Of a stretch of DNA of 64,000 bases, positions 26,541 through 35,994 are shown one piece after another. This DNA comes from a virus (taxonomy: Duplodnaviria > Caudoviricetes), in IMG/VR virus record IMGVR_UViG_3300032007_000036, positions 32,001 to 96,000 of that record; one strand, written 5' to 3'. The number at the start of each line of letters is the position of its first letter. Position 1 is the stretch's first letter. The translations under genes were made by a program, and so were the position numbers. The notes beneath the pieces are model-generated. The model worked only from the letters and a program-made list of their open reading frames with translations. It ran no database searches and was not told where the DNA came from.

Positions 26541-29063
26541 CTATTCCTCCAAGAAACCGTTTTCAACGAGTCTCCCGTGAACACTTCGACTGTTAAGCTG
26601 CTTGCGGGCTTCGCTGTCCACACCAAGCATGTTGTAGATGACATTGACGTCACCCATACCACAGATTCTAGACACGCATCTTCCAGCGTCAATACAGGTT
26701 CCCTTGATTGCAGCTTCGTCCATTTCACCTAACCCTTTGAATCGGGTAATGGCAAAGTACTTGCTGTTGTCGGTATCTGTTATGTTCTTAAAGATGGCAT
26801 AAAGCATCATGATGGAACATGGTGCAAATGCATAGAGGTCTGTGTACCTGGTAGAGACATACAAGTTCCACGTTGTCCAATTGATGTCCTCGTACAACGG
26901 GATGATCTGATTTTTTATCGTCTCCTTAAGGTGAGCCAACGAAACCAAGCTGTCCAAACCCTGCTCAACAAGTATGAGTGTGCTAGAAGTCTTATCCCAC
27001 TGGACATCTTCGACTCCTGCCTTCGACATGATCGAGGCAATCATCTTGATGTTAGGACTCTTCTCGTCCAGATAATCTGCACAATGCATCAGCTGCTCAA
27101 GCAAGAACCTGTCGATATTCAACTGGTCTGCTATGAAGCCGACACGATCACCGATCTTCTCGACGATGGCACAGAACGACACATACTCCTCTTTACTGAG
27201 CAGTTTGGGTTTGTTATTGCCGATCTCAATGAACACATCGAGCAGAGTCCTGTAGATCTCAGTCTTCGCTTCGATGAGTGCTCCCTGATCACGAAGATAC
27301 AGAGGGCGCTTCTGTCCCTGCACACGCAGCGAATACAGAGGAGGATTGGCAATGTAAATTCTACCTTCCTCTAGGATCAGAGGATTGATCTCCTTGAAGA
27401 TTCCTATCAGGAGAGCGACGATGTGATAACCGTCAGCATCGGCATCTGCCAGGAGTATGATCTTGGAGAACCGCATGTTGCTCAGGTCTTTGTCTGTCGG
27501 TCTAACACCTATCAACTCCATCAGATCCTGATAGATAAGGTTCTTCAGAAGCTTCTTGGCATCTGCACGAACCGCATTGATCGGTTTACCGGACAACTTG
27601 AACAGTGCTTGGATACGTTCGTCGCGAACAGTCTTTACACGACCAGCAGCTGAATCGCCTTCTGTGATGAATAGTTCAATCTCACTGCTGTCCCTAGAGC
27701 GACACGGGAAGTACGAACCTGTACGGTTGAGCAGATACCCAATACCATTAAGGCTCTTGTTCATCTTGTACTGAGACTTACTGTACCTGGCGAACGCCAT
27801 CTCAAAGTTCTCAGTGATGAGTTCTACAAGTCTTTCCCAGACAGATTCAGGAATCTTGTTCAGGATCCTGCGCAAGAACACACGATAGAACTCACCGAAC
27901 TTGACATCAGTGAACTTGGATTTGTCCTGGCCATCGAACCCAGCACCTTTCCACGTCACTGACACACATCCACTTAGAGGAATCTGATACTTGGTTTCGA
28001 AGAACAGTTTCTTATCCTTGTCCAAGACATAGTCAGTCAGATACAACTTCAATGTGCTCTGCAGCATAGTGAAGTGTGTCGAGTTCAGATCGGAAATAGG
28101 AGTTGCGTTGACAGCACCGATGAGTCCACCTTCACCCTTGAGTGTCTTAGGATCGATGAACACATCAACATCGAATCCTAGACGATCGTCAGGATTGTTT
28201 ATATCGTGTTCTTTCTTAAGTTCTACTCCAGGTTCCCAAACGATTTCCTTGAGATCGAACTTGTTAATCACGTACTCTCTAGGAGACAGAGGGTTGAACA
28301 CAACATCCGACGAATACGTGAAGTTGGACGAATCAGTGAGATACCTCCACAAATCTTCAGGGGGCATCTTGAATGTAGACTGTTTGAGTAGTCCGTCCAC
28401 AACTCTAACATGAATCCTAATGTTCTTCTTGAAGAGCATGTAGAATTCAATCTGGTTGAGATTCTCGGAATACCCTTTAGCCTCTTCACCTAATTCATTC
28501 TTGCCAAAGAAGTCTTTTGTTGCGACTAGGATCGTAGGATCTGGCTGGAACAGAACAGTCGTACCAACTGTATCCTTATTACGATCAATCGTTTTCTTCA
28601 TCACCTGAGAATCTCTGACTTCACCTCTCTCAACCTTGAGAAACGCAAAGCCATCCATCCTCTTGGTAAATGCGTAGAACTGATCTGACAGAGCAGCAAC
28701 GACTTTAGATCCGATGCCGTTAGTTCCGATACTAGACGATTGATATCCGTGAGACTCCTCGTACTTGCCAGAAGTGAATTCCTTTGTGAAGCAGTCAAGA
28801 AGTTTCTCTTTCGGAATACCAAGACCAAAGTCCTGAACGAGAACCTGATATGTCGACTTGTCCTTAGCAACAAAGTACGTGACGAAGATGTCATACATCC
28901 TAGATTGGTCACGAGCCTCGTCGATAGAGTTGTCAACGATTTCTTTTATCTGAATCAGGTTACCGTCTACTGATGATGTCTTAAAGCCGTACATCGAACT
29001 CTTCTTGCGCATGTGCTGAAGAGCCGTGTAATGCTTAATTGACTCAGCATTATAATCCATCAT
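26541..29063 (-). CDS. gyrB: Type IIA topoisomerase subunit B (GyrB/ParE)
   Basis: GHKL motifs EIVDNSIDE, D.G.GIP and GTNGIG; TOPRIM motifs EGDSA, DADADG and RFKGLGEM; long insertion in the TOPRIM tail. Confidence 0.95.
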   Translation of the reverse strand: MMDYNAESIKHYTALQHMRKKSSMYGFKTSSVDGNLIQIKEIVDNSIDEARDQSRMYDIFVTYFVAKDKSTYQVLVQDFGLGIPKEKLLDCFTKEFTSGKYEESHGYQSSSIGTNGIGSKVVAALSDQFYAFTKRMDGFAFLKVERGEVRDSQVMKKTIDRNKDTVGTTVLFQPDPTILVATKDFFGKNELGEEAKGYSENLNQIEFYMLFKKNIRIHVRVVDGLLKQSTFKMPPEDLWRYLTDSSNFTYSSDVVFNPLSPREYVINKFDLKEIVWEPGVELKKEHDINNPDDRLGFDVDVFIDPKTLKGEGGLIGAVNATPISDLNSTHFTMLQSTLKLYLTDYVLDKDKKLFFETKYQIPLSGCVSVTWKGAGFDGQDKSKFTDVKFGEFYRVFLRRILNKIPESVWERLVELITENFEMAFARYSKSQYKMNKSLNGIGYLLNRTGSYFPCRSRDSSEIELFITEGDSAAGRVKTVRDERIQALFKLSGKPINAVRADAKKLLKNLIYQDLMELIGVRPTDKDLSNMRFSKIILLADADADGYHIVALLIGIFKEINPLILEEGRIYIANPPLYSLRVQGQKRPLYLRDQGALIEAKTEIYRTLLDVFIEIGNNKPKLLSKEEYVSFCAIVEKIGDRVGFIADQLNIDRFLLEQLMHCADYLDEKSPNIKMIASIMSKAGVEDVQWDKTSSTLILVEQGLDSLVSLAHLKETIKNQIIPLYEDINWTTWNLYVSTRYTDLYAFAPCSIMMLYAIFKNITDTDNSKYFAITRFKGLGEMDEAAIKGTCIDAGRCVSRICGMGDVNVIYNMLGVDSEARKQLNSRSVHGRLVENGFLEE

Positions 29064-29101
29064 GTTGCTCCTTCTTTACAACGTTAAACCTAGCCAGATG
29101 T

Positions 29102-29109
29102 GTAATATA
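29102..29109 (-). promoter_or_regulatory. Early promoter motif TATATTAC upstream of gyrB
   Basis: Exact motif about 39 nt from the start codon. Confidence 0.7.
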
Positions 29110-29260
29110 TTTCCATATCAAACATGAGACAAGAGTCCAACTTTTAGAGCGTTTCTCTGAGAAAAAGACAGAGTCATAAACTGATAGTGAAAGTTAAAAA
29201 ATAACAAAAAGAAAACCACCCTGCAGCCGGGATTTCTCCCGAGCTGCAAGGCGGAATTTC

Positions 29261-29839
29261 TCAGGCGCACCAATACGACACTTCGGTCGCACGACGCTTT
29301 ACCAATCCCTTCAACGGAACAGGAATCTTCTTCCCATTCGCATCCAGGACGAACTGGCCGTTCTTGTCTTTCTTGTACAATCCGCCGTACACCCAGCGAT
29401 TGAATTCCTTGGTGATCACATCGTCCTTGGAACCGTCGTTGATGCGTTTGAGCAGAGTAGAAGACTGGAACTTCGGAAGACCAAAGTTGTAGACGAAGCT
29501 TATCAGAGCGACCTGCTGACCAACAGTCAGCTCACGCTTGACAAGTCCCTTCACCTGCTTTTGGATCTTCCTGACCTCACGGCCAAGTATGCGGTCTGCT
29601 GTCTTACGATCCATCTTCGTAAGCTTCTGTTCAGCTTCCGTCAAGACGCATTTTGTAAATCCATATCCGATGGTTTTTACACCAGCGGAACAGGAATACC
29701 AGTTCGAGCGAAATCCCTCGAACTGAGCAATCTTAGCGATAGCCTTCACTTCAGCCTGCTGATCAGCCGTAAGCGCGGCATTTGTGTCGCATCCCATCAT
29801 GAAACCTCCGATGAGTAAGAGTGCAATAACTTTCTTCAT
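29261..29839 (-). CDS. GH24 phage lysozyme (endolysin) with N-terminal signal and lipobox-like Cys
   Basis: FEG..Y.C.AG..TIGYG, AL.SF.YN.G, SSTLL, F.RW and GL..RR..E motifs. Confidence 0.9.
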   Translation of the reverse strand: MKKVIALLLIGGFMMGCDTNAALTADQQAEVKAIAKIAQFEGFRSNWYSCSAGVKTIGYGFTKCVLTEAEQKLTKMDRKTADRILGREVRKIQKQVKGLVKRELTVGQQVALISFVYNFGLPKFQSSTLLKRINDGSKDDVITKEFNRWVYGGLYKKDKNGQFVLDANGKKIPVPLKGLVKRRATEVSYWCA

Positions 29840-29916
29840 AGCATTTATCCTTTCTTTGCTTTAGTTGTTGGTTATGGCTAGTTAGTGATAAATGCTTGAA
29901 TTAAGTCGATATACAC

Positions 29917-29969
29917 AAAATAAAAGAAATGTTCTCCAACCCCCAGGGCGCGGACCCTAGGAGTTGGAG
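29917..29969 (-). terminator. Intrinsic terminator
   Basis: CTCCAAC..AGGG / CCCT..GTTGGAG stem; the plus-strand C.A mismatches are G.U pairs on the minus strand; U-tract present. Confidence 0.75.
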
Positions 29970-30317
29970 TTTGATCTGAGTAACGCATCATGATCAAAAG
30001 GAAGGAGGTGGAGATGTCTTTCTTCCACAGATCTGTTGAACACCAAGAAGGGTTAGTTTGTAGACATCACACTTCACAAGCGTAGAAACAGATCGGCAGA
30101 TCAGCCGAACATATCCACCAGTGTCCAGCAAAAGCTTGTTCCGGCGGCTTAGGAGGGACACGAAATCGAAGTGTCCTGTCGCTAATTCAAGTGAGGTCCA
30201 TCTAGGAACCGAAGCACCTGATGGTCTGGCACACAAGAACTTACCAGGCCATATATTTCGATTGACAAAGCTACAAGTGTAATAAACTGGAGCTTAAAAG
30301 CCTGCGCGACAGGACAT
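29970..30317 (-). ncRNA. Candidate structured non-coding RNA of about 350 nt
   Basis: Several nested inverted repeats, no credible ORF, and its own downstream terminator. Confidence 0.4.
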
Positions 30318-30380
30318 AATATGTTAAATTGGGTAGTTTTTAATTACACCCGATCTAACAGAAAGGAAAGGTTATACCCT

Positions 30381-30896
30381 ATGGCTGACGAGAAACCTAA
30401 ATCCCAACTTGATGCAGCTCTGGAATCGTTCGAAGCGGAAGTGTCGGAGTGCAAAGCTATCCGCAAAGAGCTGGTCACTCAGCTTCGTGAAGACGCCAAG
30501 AGAATGAGAATTTCTCCGGAAGACAAAGCGATGATGGTTCAGTCTAAACTGGCCATCGTCAATACTCTTGGCTCTATGCTCAAGGACATTGAAGACTCTT
30601 CTCTCAAGGCTGTCAAGCTTCGTCTTGCTCGTAAGGAGCAGGAAAACAATGGAGAGTACTCCAAGGCTATTGTCGAGATGCTCAAGATGATCCGTGCCGA
30701 TGGCAAGGACACCAACAACGCAGACAAACCGATGCAGAGCGAGGAAGATGTTCAGAAGAGTATCGAAAATCGTGGCAAGGATCTCAAGATCGAGATCACT
30801 CCAGGTGAGATCGAAGAATGCGCAGGTGCTCCAGGAGCACCACCTCCTCCAGAAGAGAAACCACAAGAAGAAAAGAAGTCTGAAGAGACGAAATGA
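30381..30896 (+). CDS. Coiled-coil hypothetical protein
   Basis: Start MADEK at 30381 with SD AAGG; N-terminal ALES is a possible processing site. Confidence 0.7.
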   Translation: MADEKPKSQLDAALESFEAEVSECKAIRKELVTQLREDAKRMRISPEDKAMMVQSKLAIVNTLGSMLKDIEDSSLKAVKLRLARKEQENNGEYSKAIVEMLKMIRADGKDTNNADKPMQSEEDVQKSIENRGKDLKIEITPGEIEECAGAPGAPPPPEEKPQEEKKSEETK

Positions 30897-30958
30897 GACA
30901 TCCCTAGAGCGGCGCACACAAGTTGCGCCGCTCTAGGTAGTTTCTCGCTTTTTTCGCA

Positions 30959-31975
30959 TTATTTGCCTTCGAGACGACGACGCAGGCTGACAATTGCATT
31001 CAGTGCCGAAGTAGACGCCAGCACTTTGCCAACAGCGTTGTTGTTGAAGGTGATCGGTGCACCAGTCTTGGCGTAAGAGACAAGCTGATACATAGCCGTG
31101 TAGAACGTATCGAACTTCAGCGAATCCGTGGGAGTCGGAAGACGATAGTCCATACGGAATAGAGTGCTGTCCTTGAACAGGCTGCCGTAACCCTGCGTCA
31201 GTTTCTTGAAGACGATGTTGATCAACTCAGCGTAGTAGGCAGCATTCTTGTTTCCATTGCGCGGGCAGCAGATAACCATGATGTCGTACAGCTTGTAAGC
31301 TGCCTTTATCATGGACTGCTCATCGTCTTTGCGAGCCTTGGCGCATATCTCCTTGTACTCATCGAACATGCGGATGAGCTGACGACCAGCTGGAGTGTGC
31401 ATGTGGAGGTCATCTGAGATACCAGAGTTGATCGTGTTGACCTTGTTCTTGATCGCATCAGCCGTAGCAGACGATGTACGAAGTTTGGTCTTGATGATCA
31501 CCTTCGGGGCAGTCTTCACAGGTTCCACAGGCTTCTCGAGATCAACAGCTTTCGCTGCAGGTGTCGGTGCAGGAGCAGCGACAGGTTTCGGAGGAGGCGG
31601 AGGTGTAACCGGTTTCGGCTGTTCCACATGTTTGGGAACCTCCTGAGGTGCAGGCTGAGGAGGAGGAATCTTTTCCTTCACCTCTGCCGGTTGTTCCTGT
31701 CGGGGTGGAGGAGGAACTTCCTCTTTCGGCTGCTCTTCAGCGACAGGAGCGGGTTCCGGTGTAGTGGCAGCTTCAGCGGGAGCCTGATGCTCACCGTTAT
31801 CCGCACTTTCGGTACCGGTTGTGTCTTCTGCATCATCACCAGCGTCATCCGCAGGTACTGCAGCGTCACCGCTCAAAGCACTGGCAAGGGCAGCATCATT
31901 GAGTTCAGCGTTTTCTTCACTCATTGACTGGTTTCCTTGTCTGTTTCTGTTTTTGTGACGATTTTTCTTGCTCAT
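30959..31975 (-). CDS. Pro/Glu-rich N-terminus plus helical domain (possibly phiKZ gp79-like)
   Basis: 338 aa; lies directly after the virion beta' gene. Confidence 0.6.
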   Translation of the reverse strand: MSKKNRHKNRNRQGNQSMSEENAELNDAALASALSGDAAVPADDAGDDAEDTTGTESADNGEHQAPAEAATTPEPAPVAEEQPKEEVPPPPRQEQPAEVKEKIPPPQPAPQEVPKHVEQPKPVTPPPPPKPVAAPAPTPAAKAVDLEKPVEPVKTAPKVIIKTKLRTSSATADAIKNKVNTINSGISDDLHMHTPAGRQLIRMFDEYKEICAKARKDDEQSMIKAAYKLYDIMVICCPRNGNKNAAYYAELINIVFKKLTQGYGSLFKDSTLFRMDYRLPTPTDSLKFDTFYTAMYQLVSYAKTGAPITFNNNAVGKVLASTSALNAIVSLRRRLEGK

Positions 31976-32015
31976 TGGGTAAGATCCTTCGTTCGCAACG
32001 TGAAAGTATAAGATA

Positions 32016-33395
32016 TCAAAGAATGATATTCTCGAGCTCGTAGTTCTTAACCTTGAGCGCGGTACCGTGCATGTTCTTCATCGAGATCATCAAGAACTTC
32101 GATGTCAGCTTGACCGTCTGAATTCCGAGACGCTTAGCGTTGAGATCTTGAGCCTTGACACCACAGCACTTGTAGCAGAAGTTGTCCTTCGTCGCACAAG
32201 TGAGAGGCGAGTACAAGCGAATGACCTTACCAGTCACGTACTTGGCCAAGTTCTCTTCGGTGATGACAACATCTTCACTTCCGACCTGGATGGTTCTGCC
32301 GATGAACTTGCGTCCGTCGTAGACAGAGCAGTCAACTGCAATGGTTCTCTTGGTTCCGCAATCAAGCTCAGACACAGTTGCGTCCTGGAACGCACGCATA
32401 ACAAGCTTGGTCTCAGCACCACCCTTAGCAGTTTCGATACCGCGGTCATAAGAACCTTTACGCACTTCATTCACGATGGACGGGAATGCTTCCTTGGTCC
32501 AACCTTCAACAAGCGCGTTCGGGATGAACGTCATCTTACCAGCATCTGTTCCGAACGACGGAATGCCTCCAACAGTCAGGAACATCTTCTTGCGCTGAAC
32601 GTCAAAAGACTTGGAACCGAGACCTGTGAAGAACACAAGTGACGGATCGTCCTTCAAGTATTCCTTGTCCATCGATATCAGAACTTTTTCGAGCTGCTGA
32701 ATGACCAGAGGATCATCCATCTGGTCTTTGTGCTCTTCGATGAACTTGCGCTTAACCTCAGCGACATTAGGATCAGTCTCTAGAGACTTGACTGTCATGC
32801 TGGGAACACTGAGTTCTGTGATGTGTCCGATGAAGTACACATGATCCATGAACGATGTGAACTGATCAACAGTGACTTCTTTCTTGAGAACTTTGTCACG
32901 AACGAGACCAACGAGAAAATCAGGTGTGAACCTCTTGTTCTGGTAAGCGTAGATCTTCCAGTCGAACGGATACTGAAGCGTGATAATGTTCCAGATGAAC
33001 CTACCAACGCTAGTGTCATGCCACTCTTCGCTCAATATCGGTCCAGTAAGAACTGAAGTGTCGCTCTTGGAAGCCTCGAACACGTCATCCGACAAGAAGC
33101 AAGCTTTGTTGGACTCGTTGATGATGCTCAGAGTCAGAAGATCATTCTCGTCGGTGATGACTATGCCAACGAACCTCCTGTTGACACGAACGACATCTCC
33201 ACGCTCTATTCCAGGATACTTGAGTTTTTCAAGCTGGATATCACTGTCCACTTTGACCATGGTGTCACCATACTCGATCTCGTTGGTGTAGTCAGAACAA
33301 ACCGTCATGGCGTCAAGCAGCCACGAACGGTGTTTGAGCTTCCCACAAGCCGCTGCTACCATGAGGCAGCGTATCTGACGTGTATTAAGCCTCAT
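32016..33395 (-). CDS. Virion RNA polymerase beta' subunit, C-terminal part (phiKZ gp80-like)
   Basis: Bridge-helix-like RG.ETAKGG, DCGT, SPLTC..FC..CCG Zn site, and trigger-loop-like MKNMHG. Confidence 0.88.
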   Translation of the reverse strand: MRLNTRQIRCLMVAAACGKLKHRSWLLDAMTVCSDYTNEIEYGDTMVKVDSDIQLEKLKYPGIERGDVVRVNRRFVGIVITDENDLLTLSIINESNKACFLSDDVFEASKSDTSVLTGPILSEEWHDTSVGRFIWNIITLQYPFDWKIYAYQNKRFTPDFLVGLVRDKVLKKEVTVDQFTSFMDHVYFIGHITELSVPSMTVKSLETDPNVAEVKRKFIEEHKDQMDDPLVIQQLEKVLISMDKEYLKDDPSLVFFTGLGSKSFDVQRKKMFLTVGGIPSFGTDAGKMTFIPNALVEGWTKEAFPSIVNEVRKGSYDRGIETAKGGAETKLVMRAFQDATVSELDCGTKRTIAVDCSVYDGRKFIGRTIQVGSEDVVITEENLAKYVTGKVIRLYSPLTCATKDNFCYKCCGVKAQDLNAKRLGIQTVKLTSKFLMISMKNMHGTALKVKNYELENIIL

Positions 33396-34470
33396 TGTAG
33401 TTCAACTCCATAGGTTCCACCATGTTTGTCAACATGGATTTAAAGACTTCGACGATCTGCTTAACTGCATCCGTACCAAGCCGATCTTCATAGCTCATGA
33501 TCTTGTCTGTAATTTCAGATTCGAGGTTGAGCCTGTTGGTAACATCGGCGATGAGAGTAGCGACCATAATCACCTGGATACTTGTTGGGCACTTGCGTTC
33601 TTCTTCGACGCAGTAGTACTCCAAGCAGTGGTTCCAACGCTTTAGGTACGGAGTTCTTGCAGCAGCGATGAACTCACGAACCTTGTTAGCATCGTTCAGG
33701 TCAAGCGCTTCGAGTTTAGCTGAATTGCGCTTGAGGTTCTCACGAGAACCAAGTTCAACTTCGAACTTCCCATCGAGTGCGTTGTTGATCATCGCACGAC
33801 GGGCCGTTCTCTTAAACTCATCCTCGGCAGCGTTAGCCCACAGTGAGTCAGCAATCTTCCGAATAAATTCAACACGCTTACCTAGGATCCCAACGAACTT
33901 GAACATCATCTCCTCGTCAACCTCGGAAGTTACATCGGGAATACCGAGATCGTCAACACGATCACAAGCCAGTTTGATGTGTTCGACAAACTCACGGCTG
34001 TCTCCTTCGAAAAGTCCCTCGTAGAGTTCCTCCATCTGACGAATCAACTCCCAGCCTTCATCAAGCTGAAGCCACTCGATGCACCAATCCAAGTACTTGC
34101 GAAAAGGATCATCGTCCAGAGAACAAGCGATCGTCTCGAAAAGATCACGATGATCCTTCATCGTCTCGAACATGACGTCGTCGTCGAGTTTACGCCTCAA
34201 AGCCAGCAAACCGTACACTACGACTGGCTGATCACACAGCTCATCGACATCACGATTGATCGTGACACCAAAACCATTGAGTTCTTCGCAGATCTTGATG
34301 ATGCATCTGTTCCTGAACCACAAAGGAGTCAGGCTCTCCTCGAGAGCCTCGGACAAGTATCGCTGTTCGACGAACCAAGCATCGATCTCAGGACTGCGCT
34401 CCCGCGCCAGTCTGATGACTTCAGCCGAGTAATCGTCCTCGATGCTTGGTTGATAGTTTATCGCTCCCAT
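33385..34470 (-). CDS. Acidic hypothetical protein
   Basis: Probable start MGAINYQ at 34470; overlaps the beta' start. Confidence 0.7.
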   Translation of the reverse strand: MGAINYQPSIEDDYSAEVIRLARERSPEIDAWFVEQRYLSEALEESLTPLWFRNRCIIKICEELNGFGVTINRDVDELCDQPVVVYGLLALRRKLDDDVMFETMKDHRDLFETIACSLDDDPFRKYLDWCIEWLQLDEGWELIRQMEELYEGLFEGDSREFVEHIKLACDRVDDLGIPDVTSEVDEEMMFKFVGILGKRVEFIRKIADSLWANAAEDEFKRTARRAMINNALDGKFEVELGSRENLKRNSAKLEALDLNDANKVREFIAAARTPYLKRWNHCLEYYCVEEERKCPTSIQVIMVATLIADVTNRLNLESEITDKIMSYEDRLGTDAVKQIVEVFKSMLTNMVEPMELNYNEA

Positions 34471-34550
34471 ACCAAAACCTTTGTTTGAAAATAAAACAAT
34501 TACAAAAAATGGTGTCAATGTGTAATTGCCAGAATAAAATGTGATTTATT

Positions 34551-34740
34551 TAACTCAGTGTTCACTCATCCCCTCATGCTCTGCATCTCGGGGGATGAGT
34601 GAACCTGTGAGTTACAAACTTTCTTTTATATATTTTCTTTGTTTAAGAATAATACTTACTTTATTTTAAAAATATTAATAATTATTTTAAGAATAATTAA
34701 TAAATTCCTTTAGTTTTCTCTTTATGTTACTTTCTCTTTG
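34551..34740. other. Long hairpin plus very AT-rich tract (origin-like or divergent promoter region)
   Basis: TAACTCA-GTTCACTCATCCCC / GGGGATGAGTGAAC-TGAGTTA stem, then about 120 nt that are mostly A/T. Confidence 0.5.
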
Positions 34741-34836
34741 TCTGTCTGAGTAATCTTTGACAAATTGAACTACTGCTCTGCAAGATATTCTGTTACTAGA
34801 TGCTTAACATTTTTTGTTCAATTGGAGAATACCATC

Positions 34837-35649
34837 ATGGCAAAATGGATACTTACTGATCACAGAATCATTTCGAGTGAGCTGACTCCCAATGTTCCTG
34901 TGGCTGTAGTCATCGACAAGTCCTACAGCAAACTGATACTCGACGGAATGAATAAAGGCCGTGACGCGATCCTCAAGATCGAGCAGCTTAAAGACGAACG
35001 TCGTCAGCTCAAGCTCAAAATCGTTCAGCTTGAAGCTAAGCTAGCTCGCTGGGCTAAACACTGCGAGGATACTGGAGTTGGAGTTCCTCATCCTGGATGC
35101 AAGAGGAAGAGCAAAGTTACGACTTCAACTAATGAAACTCAGATCGTCGATGTTCCTGTTCGCAAGAACTACAGGAAAAAAGAGTGTCCTGGTTGTGGTA
35201 CTAGACCTCCTCACATGTTCACTCCCAAGTCTTGTCGACAGGTGATGTGCGATGAGTGCAAGAGAGAACTTGCTGAGATCAAGAAACGTACTGGAACTAA
35301 ACTCAAGGGCAGAGACACTGTCAGAATTTCGTGGAGAGGTCAGGGACCTTACCTCGGTGTTCCGAAGAGTGAATCTCCGAAAGAGGGAGTTATTACCGAC
35401 AAGGATCTTGTTATCAAGAAGAACAAACCTGTTGTTGAAGAACCTCCCAAGAGACTTTCAGTCGAAGAAGTTCTCAGACTTCCTGACGGACCCGAGAAGA
35501 AACAACTCGAGTCTCAGTTCACTGTCGCTGAGAAGATGGAAGCTGCTAAAGTCAGGTACAAGATACAGAGAGAACAGATGCGTGATATGCGCAATAAGGG
35601 ATTTTCTCTTGATAACCCAATCGTTGGAGTTAATGCTCCGGCGATGTGA
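34837..35649 (+). CDS. Basic coiled-coil protein with a CxxC-x17-CxxC zinc ribbon
   Basis: Start MAKW at 34837 with SD GGAG; CPGC-GTRPPHMFTPKSCRQVM-CDEC. Confidence 0.7.
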   Translation: MAKWILTDHRIISSELTPNVPVAVVIDKSYSKLILDGMNKGRDAILKIEQLKDERRQLKLKIVQLEAKLARWAKHCEDTGVGVPHPGCKRKSKVTTSTNETQIVDVPVRKNYRKKECPGCGTRPPHMFTPKSCRQVMCDECKRELAEIKKRTGTKLKGRDTVRISWRGQGPYLGVPKSESPKEGVITDKDLVIKKNKPVVEEPPKRLSVEEVLRLPDGPEKKQLESQFTVAEKMEAAKVRYKIQREQMRDMRNKGFSLDNPIVGVNAPAM

Positions 35650-35681
35650 GTACAATGTTATAAACTACATCGTAGCACTTG

Positions 35682-35956
35682 GTTATGACCAGTTGGGATT
35701 TGGACGGGTCTGTAGCTTGAGTGGTTAGGTCAACGCGTTTAATCGTAAATTCACGCTAAGTGCGAGAGTCTCACGATTCACGAGAACCGTCATGCTTTCT
35801 CAGTCTCTATCTGAGATGGCATCCTGGTCTCGATAGAGCGCAAGCGACTGTCCTGGTAGACTCTCGTGAACATGTTCGTGTGCGCACCTAGTGTGACACA
35901 TGGCCTTACCAACCACTACATTACAGGCAACCCGTCCTCCTACTGTTGGTTACAAC
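35682..35956 (+). ncRNA. Candidate structured RNA or leader upstream of RNase H
   Basis: Long closing stem (GGACGGGT/ACCCGTCC, CTGTAG/TTACAG, AGTGGTT/AACCACT) enclosing internal hairpins. Confidence 0.55.
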
Positions 35957-35994
35957 TTAAACAAATCTGGTGATAACTTTAGGAGCTGCGAATC

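Noticed and set aside
30262-30288. Sigma70 promoter TTGACA...TAAACT
   Set aside because: The spacer is only 15 nt, which is not convincing.
35706-35780. tRNA-like 5' sequence GGGTCTGTAGCTTGAGTGGTTAG
   Set aside because: No anticodon arm, TTCG T-loop or acceptor partner at tRNA spacing; these bases pair long-range instead.
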